A DNA stretch of 64,000 nt. Source: Felis catus. Taxonomy: Eukaryota. The notes beneath the pieces are model-generated. The model had not been told where the DNA came from and made no database searches. It was given only the letters and a program-made list of their open reading frames with translations. Positions 54,846 through 64,000 of the stretch are shown here, one piece after another. Both the position numbers and the translations under genes were made by a program. The DNA lies in NCBI RefSeq assembly GCF_018350175.1, contig NC_058368.1, forward strand, positions 189,350,001-189,414,000. Direction: 5' to 3'. Within the stretch, counting starts at the first letter, position 1; every line of letters starts with the position of its first letter.

Positions 54846-56827
54846 TTATTTTTGTAAAGATTTTTTTTTATTTTTTTAATATAATTTATTGTCACGTTAG
54901 CTAACAGTGTATACAGTGTTCCCTTGGCTTTGAGATTAGATTCCCATGATGCATCGCTTACATACAGTACCCAGTGCTCATCCCAGCACGTGCCCTCCTC
55001 AATGCTGTCACCCATTTTCCCCTTCCCTCTGTGCTCCCCACCATCAACCTTTAGTTTGTTCTCTGTATATTAAGACTCTCTTATGGTTTGCATCCCTCCC
55101 TCTCTGTTTGAAATTATTTTTTCCCCTTCCCTTCCCCCATGGTCTTCTGTTAAGTTTCTCAAATTCCAAATATGAGTGAAAATATATATCTGTCTTTCTC
55201 TGTCTGACTTATTTCACTTAGCATGAAACACTCCAGTTCCATCCATGTTGTTGAAAATGGCAAGATTTCATTCTTTCTCATTGCCAAATAGTATTCCATT
55301 ATATATATATAAACCGAATGTTCTTTATCCACTCCTCAGTTGATGGACATTTGGGCTCTTTCCATTACTTAGCTATTATTGATAGTGCTGCAATAAGCTT
55401 TGGGTGCATGTGCCCCTATGAATCAGCACTCCTGTATCCTTTGGATAAATTCCTAGTAGTGCTATTTCTGGGTCGTAGGGTAATTTTATTTTTAGTTTTT
55501 TGAGGAACCTCCACACTGTTTTCCGGAGCAGCTGCACCAGTTAGCATTCCCACCAGCAGTGCAAGAGGGTTCCCATTTCTCCACATCCTCACCAACATCT
55601 GTCATTTCCTGTATTGTTAATTTTAGCCACTCTGACTGGTGTGAGGTGGTATCTCAATATGGTTTTGATTCGTATTTCCCTGATGATGAGCGATGTTGAG
55701 TATCTTTTCATGGGTCTGTCGGCCATCTGTATGTTTTCTTTGGAAAAGTGTCTATTCATGTCTTCTGCCCATTTCTTCACTGGGATATTTGTTTTTTGGG
55801 TGTTGAGTTTGATAAGTTCTTTATAGATTTTGGATACTAACCCTTTATATGATATGTCATTTGCAAATATCTTCTCCCATTCTGTCAGTGGCCTTTTAGT
55901 TTTGCTGATTGTTTCCTTTGCCATGCATAAGCTTTTTATCTTGATGAGGTTCCAATAGTTCATTTTTGCTTTTATTTCCCTTGCCTTTGGAGACATATCG
56001 AGCAAGAAATTGCTGCGGCTGAGGTCAAAAAGGTTGTTGACTGTTTTCTCCTCTAGGGTTTTGATGGTTTCCTGTTTCACATTTAGGTCTTTCATCCATT
56101 TTATTTTTTTGTACGGTGTAAGAAAGTGGTCCAGTTTCATTCTTCTGCATACTTCTCTCCAGTTCTCCCAGCACCATTTGCTAAAGAGACTGTCTTTTTT
56201 CCATTGGATACTCTTTCCTTCTTTGTCAAAGATTAGTTGGCCATACATGGTGGGTCCAATTCTGGGTTCTCTATTCTATTCCATTGGTCTATGTGTCTGT
56301 TTTTATGCCAAGACCATACTGCCTTGATGATTATAGTTTTGTATTAAAGGCTTAAGTTGGGGACTGTGGTGTTTCCAGCTTTATTTTTCTTTTTCAACAT
56401 TACTTTGACTATTTGAGATCTTTTGTGGTTCCATACAAATTTTAGGATTGTTTGTTCTAGCTCAGAGAAAAATGCCAGTGCATTTTTGATTGGGATTACA
56501 TTGAATGTGTAGATTGCATTGGGTAGTATTGACATTTTAACAATATTTATTCTTCCAATCCGTGAGCATGGAATTTTTTTTCCATTTCTTTGTGTTTTCT
56601 TCAATTTCTTTCATAAGTTTTCTATAGTTTTCAGCATATAGATCTTTTACTTCTTTGCTGAGGTTTATTCCTAGGTATATTATGGTTTTGGCGCAATTGT
56701 AAATGGGATTGATTTCTTGATTTCTCTTTTTGTTGCTTCATTATTGGTGTGTAGAAATGCAACCAACTTCCGTACATTGCTTTTATATCCTGCGACTTTG
56801 TTGAATTCACGTTATCAGTTCTAGCTG
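54846..56827 (-). mobile_element. 5'-truncated carnivore L1 (ORF2 3' half plus 3'UTR)
   Basis: ORF 55589-56248 [26 protein letters not shown]; 17-bp TSD ttaagcataaaaatctt at 54829-54845 and 56828-56844. Confidence 0.97.
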
Positions 56828-56892
56828 TTAAGCATAAAAATCTTATGATCATCTCCATAGATGCTGAGAGGGCTTTTTAAAAAATTTGATCA

Positions 56893-57095
56893 GGGCACCT
56901 GGGTGGCTCAGTTGGTTAAGCATCCAACTTTGGCTCAGGTCATGATCTCACAGTGTGTGAGTTTGAGTCCCACATTCAGCTGGCTTCTGTCAGCAAAGAG
57001 CGCAGTTCAGATCTTCTGTCCCCTTCTTTCTCTTTGCCCCTCCCCCACTCACGCTATTTCTTTCTGTCAAAAATAAATAAGCATTTTTTAAAATT
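56893..57095 (+). mobile_element. Can-SINE
   Basis: 'gggcacctgggtggctcagttggttaagc..aaaaataaataagcatt'. Confidence 0.92.
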
Positions 57096-57115
57096 TTAAA
57101 TAATTCGGTCACTCT

Positions 57116-57325
57116 GGGGCACCTAGGTGGATTAGTTGGTTAAGCGTCTGACTCTTGATTTTGGCTCAGGTCATGATCTCATGGTTGGTGAGATCAGGCC
57201 CCATGTTGGGCTCTGCACTGACAGCATGAAACCTGCTTGGGATTCTCTCTCTCCCTCTTTCTCTGCCCCTACCCACCTCTCTCTCTCTCTCTCTCTCAAA
57301 ATAAATAATTAAACTTAAAAAAAAT
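57116..57325 (+). mobile_element. Can-SINE, tandem to the previous one
   Basis: 'ggggcacctaggtgg..tcaggtcatgatctc..(CT)n..aaaataaataa'. Confidence 0.92.
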
Positions 57326-58319
57326 TGATAATTCTTAACAGAAACATCCAATAAGATAAGAATACACTATTTCATCTCAAGCCAATGATTACTGAGAAGC
57401 ACTAGAGTCATTTTGCTCAACAAATGTTCTACCTCTGAGTCACTCACATGTTAAATACTAAAAGCAATTTTCCTGAATTATAGAAACAAATATGCCCTGA
57501 CATTCCCATATGTCCCTCTAAGGAAGTGGTATTATCCTGATGTGAGAACCACTGAACAGTATTTCCACTATAGTGACAGTCAAGACAAGCATGCGCTATC
57601 ATCACACTATTCTTTAACATTGTATTGGAAGTACTGGAATACACAATTAGAAAAGAAAAAGAAAACATGTATATGAAAATTAGAATTGAAGTAAATACTA
57701 CTTTTCAAAGATGACATTTGTATACCTAGAAACCCTAAGAGAATTATTAAAAATGACTATAAAAATTAATAGCTGATTGAAATAATAAGCTTGAAAATTT
57801 ATATGGAGAAATCAATAATATGTATGAATAAGCATATAAACAAACAACAATCAGTTAAAAGTTATGATGAAAAAAAGAGACCTTATTAATAATAGTACAA
57901 CATACATAAAATTATGGGGGGAAATTAACTATAAAAATGTGACACTAAATAAGAAGAAAATTTTTAAACAGAACTGAAAGATACAAAATAATATTTAAAT
58001 AAATTAAAACACTGTATTATTTGGTGGATAGATGCAACATAATAAAGATAACAATTCTTCTTTTGTTAATTTATAAATATAATGTAATGCCAATAAAGAA
58101 TAAGTTTTTTTTTTGTGGGGATAGTTTGGAATTAGACATTCTCATTTTATTAAATATGTATTATATATGCATTACATATGTTTACAAACATGTATATGTG
58201 TGTGTATTGAGAAGGAGGGCAGAATCTCTTTCAAGAGCAATGAGAGGATTCCATCCTTATCAAATATTAAAATATAAAGACTCCATATCAGCATAATGCT
58301 ATTTAAGTGTTGACAGAAG

Positions 58320-61300
58320 AAAGTCACCAATGTAGTATCCAGCAAAATGATTCTTCAGAAGTGAAGAAATAAAATCTTTCTCAGACAAACAAAAATTAAG
58401 GGAATTGGTTACCATTAAACCTGAGTTGCAAGAAATGCTAAAAGAAGTTCTATAGGAAAAAGAAAAATGATATGAAACTCTGATCAACATTTTAAAAGGA
58501 GCATTAGAGAAGAAATAAGGTAAAATAAAATCTTTCATTTTTTTTCTTAATTCATCTAACATTTTTCTTAATTCATTTTAAATCATCTGTTAGATGAATT
58601 ATTACTAACTATTATATTATTCATTATTAGGTTAATTAATTATTATTAATGTGTTCAAAATAATAATAATATATATTGGTATATATTGCTATATATTATA
58701 ATGGATATACTAAGAGAGCAGAGAAAATGAAATCATATGAAATGCTCAGTTAAAGCCAGTGATGGAAAAGGAGTGGAAAACAAAAAAGATACAAATGAAT
58801 ATAAACTAATTAAAAATATAGTAGTTATTAATCCAAACTTATCAATAATCACTTTAAATGTGAATCATGTAAATACACCAAATATAAGACAAAGACTTTT
58901 GGAGAACATTTAAAAACAACAACAACATAAAGATTCAATTATATGCTGTCTACAAGAAATCCACTTTAAGCATAAAGAACAGATAGACCAAGGGTAAAGG
59001 GAGGAAGAGAGACAAAACATGTGAATATCAATCAGAGAAAAGCTAGGGTAACTATTAACTTCAGACAAAGTAGACTTGAGAGCAAGGAATATTATCAGTG
59101 ATAGAGAGGGTATTAGATAATGATAAAGGGGTCAATGCTCCAGGAAGACTTAACAATTCTTGATGTATATGTGCCTAACAGTGTCAAAATATATGAGGTA
59201 AAACTGATAGAACTGTAAGAAGAAATAAACATATCCACTATTGTATTTGAAGACTTCAACACACCTTTCAGTAATTTACAGATCCAGTAGACAGAATATC
59301 TGTGAAAGTATACTTCAACTGAATAGGACCATCACTCAACAGGATCTAATTGGCATTTAAAGAATATTTCACTCAACAACAGCAGAATATACATTCTTCT
59401 CAAGCTCACATGCAACATTCACCAAGATATACCATATTATGGACCATAAAATACACCTTAACAAATTTAAAAGAACAGAAATTAAACAAAGTATGTTCTC
59501 AGACTACAGTGAATTAAACTCAAAATCAATAACAAAAAGATAGCTAGAAAGTCACAAAATATCTGGAAATTAAACAACACACTTATAAATAACATATTTG
59601 TTAAAGAAGTATCAAAAAATTTTATTAAATATTTGGAACTAAATGAAAATAAAAATACAACTTATCAAAATTTGTGGGGTGTAGTGAAAACAATGTTTAG
59701 AGGGAAATTTATAACACTGAATATATTAGAAGAAAAGAAAAATATAAAATTAATAATCTAAGCTTCCATGTTAGGAAACTACAAAAAGAAGAGCAAATTA
59801 AATCCAAATTAAACAGAAAAAAAGAAATAATAAAAAATAACAGAGCGGGAATCAATGAAATTGAGAACAGGAAAATAATAAAATCAATAAAACCAAGAGC
59901 TGTGTTTTTGAAAAAAATCAATAAAATTCATAAATCTCTAGCCAGGCAAACCAAGGGGGAAAAAAGAGAGAAAACACAAGTAACTAATAATAAAAAATAA
60001 AAGATGAGCCTCACTATCAATCTTATGAACACTAAAAAGACAATAAATAAATATTTAGCAATTCTATGCCCACAAATTTGACAACCTAGATGAAATATAC
60101 CAATTTTTTGAAAGGCATTATCTGTCAAAACTCATACAAGGAGAAATAAGTAATATGATATGCCTACATGTATACAGAAATTAAATAAATAATTACTAGA
60201 CTTACAAAAGAAAAAAACATCAAGCCATTCATAATAAAAACTCTCAGCAAGCTAGGAATAGAGTGAAACTTTTCTAACTTAATAAAAAACATCTGCAACA
60301 AACCTAGAGCTAACATAATACATAATGTGAGTTTCTAGATACTTTCCCCAAGAACAAAAACAAGGCAACTATGTCCCCTTTCCCCACTGCTTCTCAACAT
60401 CCTCCTAGAAGTTCTAGCTAATGCAATAAGGCAAGAAAAAGAAATACAAAGTACACAAATTGGGAAGGAAAAAATAAACCTGTCTTTATTCCTGGATGAC
60501 ATGAGTATTTATGTAGAAAACCCCAAAGAATCAATAGAAAAATTCTGGAACTAACAAGTAACTATGGCAATGTTGCAGTATACAAAGCTAAAATACAAAA
60601 GTCAACCACTTTTCCATATTCCAGCAATGAACAATTGGAATTTAAAATTTTAAACATATCATCATTTAAATTAGCACCCCATTAAAATAATTTAGGTATA
60701 AATATAACAAATTATGTGCAAGATCTATATAAGGAAAATTCCAAAGCTCTGATGAAAGAAACTAAATATCTAAATAAATATATTCCATGTTTGTTATATA
60801 GAAAGACTCAATATTGTTAAGATATCAATTCTCCTCAAATTGATCTAAAGATTCATTGCAATCTCAATAAAATCCTAGTAATTTATTTTTTGTATATTAA
60901 CAAAGTGATTCTAAAGTTTATATAAAAAGGCAAAAGACCTAGAATAGCCAACCCAACACTGAAGAATAATAAAGTCAAAGGACCAACACTATCTGAATTT
61001 AAGACTCAATTACACAGCTACAGTAACTAAGATAGTGTGGTATTGACAAAATAATAGATAAATAGATCATAGAAATAATAGAGACCCCAGAAATAGACTC
61101 ATACAAATCCAGTCAACTAATCTTTGGCAAAGGAGCAAAGATAATTCAATAATGAAAGGATATTCTTTTTAACAAATCATGTTGGAACTACTGGACATTC
61201 ATGCATGAAGAAATAAACCCAGTCCTTGCATTTTTCATAAAAATTAACTCAAAATGGAGCATAATCCTAAATGTAAAATTCAAAACTATAAAACTTCTAG

Positions 61301-62035
61301 GTAAAAACACAGGAAAAATCTAGGTGATCTTAGGTTTGGTGAAGAGTTCTTAATTACAACCCCAAAAGTATAGCCCATGAAAGAAAAAAATTATGTTAGA
61401 CTTAAGGAAGATTAAAAATTCTGCTTTGCAAAAGACACTTATGAAAATGAAATGGCAAGTCACAAACTGAGAGAAAATATTTGCAAAACATATCCAATAA
61501 AAAACTTGTATCCAAAATATACAAAAAACTCTTAAAACGCAATAAGAAAACAAACAACCAAATTTAAAAACAAGCAGAAAATCTGAAGAGACACCTAACC
61601 AAAGAAGTTATACAGATAGCAAATAAGCATATGAAAAGATATTCAACATCATATGTCATTAGGATATTGCAAATTAAAACAACACTGAGATACCAGTACA
61701 CATCCTTTAGAAGGACTAAAATCTAAACTCTGACAGTACCAAATGCGAGCAAAGATGCAGAACAATAAAACTTTCATTCATTGCTGATGGAAATGCAAAC
61801 TGGTATTGCCATTTTAAAAGACAGTTTGGCAGTTTCTTAAAAATCTGAACAACACTTACCATAAGATCCAGCAATTGTACTCCTTGGTATGAAACTTAAC
61901 TCCATAAAACATGCACACAAATGTTTATAGCAATTTTATTTAAAGTTGCCAAAACTTGGAAACAACCAATATGTCCTTCAATAGGTGAATGGGTAAACAA
62001 ACTGCATTACATCCATATGGAATATTCAGTGATAC

Positions 62036-62083
<48 letters not shown>

Positions 62084-62595
62084 TATCAAGCCATGGAAAA
62101 ACATGGAGAAATTTGGTATGCATTTGCTAAAAAAGAAGCCAGTTTGAAAAGGCTACATACTTATATGATTCCAACTACATGACATTCTGGAAAAGGCAAA
62201 ACTATAGAGACAATGAAAAGATCAATAGTTGTCAGGGAAGGAAAAAGGGATAACTAGGTGGAATACAGGTAATCTTTAGGGCAATTAAACTATTCTGTAT
62301 GATACTGTAAGGGTAGATACAAGACACTATGCATTTTTTAGTACTCATAGAAGTGTACAACAGAAAGAGTGAACCTTAATAGAAACTATGTACTTTTGTG
62401 AAAAAAAGCATATCAGTATTGGTTCATCAATTTAATAAATGTGCCACACTAATACAAGATGTTAATAATACGGAAAATGTGGGGAAAATACAGGGACCCT
62501 ATGCTCTCTATATCTCAGTAGTTTCTACTCAAATTTCCTATAAGCTTAAAGCCATTCTAAAAAAATAAAATCTATTAATTAAAAATTTTAAAAGT
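58320..62595 (+). mobile_element. L1MC1/MC2-like element from ORF1 end through decayed ORF2 to 3' end
   Basis: 'aaatctttctcagacaaacaaaaattaagggaat', EN and RT remnants, 3'UTR 'aaactattctgtatgatactgtaa..gagtgaaccttaat..cagtattggttcatcaat'. Confidence 0.88.
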
Positions 62596-62719
62596 AATGC
62601 CAAAGCTAAACTCTGCATTTCTTATGAAAAGATCTATTAGACGTATGAGTGAGAGAACAGAGCAATAGCAGAGAAATGTATAAAATATGCTGTCTTTCAT
62701 GTAAAAATGGGGGAAAAAA

Positions 62720-63515
62720 GACAGCACATTCGTATTTGTTTGTTTATGCATAAAAAGCTTCAGAAGAATATCTAAGAAACTAACAGCAGTATTACCTGTG
62801 GGCTTGGTGGTTTAATTGGCTGGATGAGGATACTAATAAGAAAGCAAATTGTAAATCTGTCATGTGATTATAGCACTATTCTATTTTTTAATTATAATTT
62901 TTAAAAAAACAAGCCCTTCAGAAGGTTTGTCTCACCTCTAAGGGAAACCCAAACTTGAACATTTCAGAACTAATACAATATTTTTGTTTAATTCTCTAAA
63001 GAGCCCTCTGGAATTTATCTTGAAGAAACTTTCATATGTGCACAGTATACTTAAGGAAACTACAAAGATATTCATTGCAGCATCATTTTTAATAGCCAAA
63101 ATTTTGGAAACACCTAAATATGCACTGACAAGAGGAATTGGTTAAGAAAACTGTAATATAGACATACTAGAAATTGCAAAGGACCAGTTAAAAAGAATAA
63201 AGTAGATTTATATGCACTGATGTGGAAATGTCCACAATGTATTGTTAAGGCAAACAATAAAGTTGCAGAAAAGTGTGGACAGAAATTTTTAAGGTATAAT
63301 ATAATTTTGTTTGTAAATACAATAAATAAAGATCGGGAAGGATATACAAGAAACTGAAAACAGTGCTTACCTCAGGGGAAGTATGTGGGGTTTTAAGGGT
63401 AGAAAGGGAGAGGTTTACTTTTTGCTCTTTCTACTCCCTATTGTTTGACTTTTTTTTTCCTGCAACTAGGATGTATTACATTTTATACATGAATAAAAAT
63501 ATAAAGATTTTTAAA
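62720..63515 (+). mobile_element. Old L1ME-like 3' fragments
   Basis: 'gatattcattgcagcat..aatagccaaaatttggaaac'-like and 'gggaaggatatacaagaaactgaaaacagtg' motifs. Confidence 0.6.
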
Positions 63516-64000
63516 AACCCAGTGGAGTGTTCGTGTCCAGAAGCAGCAGCCATCTCAGGGCCTGTTTGCCATTACCTCTGTTCATTTCTTTTATACCAGG
63601 AAGGGCTAAAGGAACCTCAGTGTTCTCCATAGCATTGTTAACCGGGGCACTGAATCTAACTTGCTATACCCTGTAATTGGATCCTTCCAGTAAAGCTGCC
63701 TCAATAAAATGTCCCAAGTGCTGCAGCCAAGTGTTTAGGAGGCACATAGGACCCTGGTGGCAGCTTTGGGGGTGGGGAAGGGGGCCTGGGCCTGGGGCCT
63801 GGGTCTAAAATACTGTAGGAGGCATGCATTAACATCCCAGCAAGCTTAACTAGCAACAGAGGAGCATGTCTGCATTTTCCATGCAGGCTTAGGGAGACTT
63901 GTTTGCAAGGCTCAGGATCCCTGGTGAGCAGTTTTCTGTGGCTTCAGTTACAGCACAATTGCAAAAGTATTAATGCAATGAGACTTTGTATAACTACATT

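Larger units (their letters stand above)
53975..58130 (+). mobile_element. Decayed old L1 ORF2 hosting SINEs and a minus-strand L1
   Basis: 'aaatttgaaaacatagataaaatggataa', 'gaccaagtgaggtttatt', 'tctccatagatgctgag', 'ctattctttaacattgtattggaagtact'. Confidence 0.7.

Overview
Repeat-dense mammalian DNA from a felid or close feliform: it carries the cat-type Can-SINE (SINEC_Fc) and carnivore/felid L1s. I found no intact protein-coding gene, and nearly all long ORFs in the track are L1 or SINE pieces. Two host-gene relics lie in the first 10 kb. (1) A very old, heavily decayed, apparently intronless and near full-length meckelin (TMEM67)-like coding relic on the minus strand (~7760->2150), broken by MIR, MER102, L1ME and MLT1 insertions. 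It is invisible in the ORF track and shows only as colinear translated motifs, which I compared with a human sequence recalled from memory. (2) A young THUMPD1 processed pseudogene with a 14-bp TSD, polyadenylated inside the CDS 15 nt after an ATTAAA. The rest is nested retroelements, including a full-length L1 (36751-44337, 17-bp TSD) with another L1 in its ORF1 and a probable short 3' transduction. Also present: a fold-back inverted duplication of an old L1 5'UTR (~32.1-33.1 kb), about 17 Can-SINEs, hAT MITE relics, MaLR/ERVL LTRs and a homeobox/TALE/FOX motif cluster near 15.7 kb. Subfamily names and boundaries of the old repeats are by-eye estimates.
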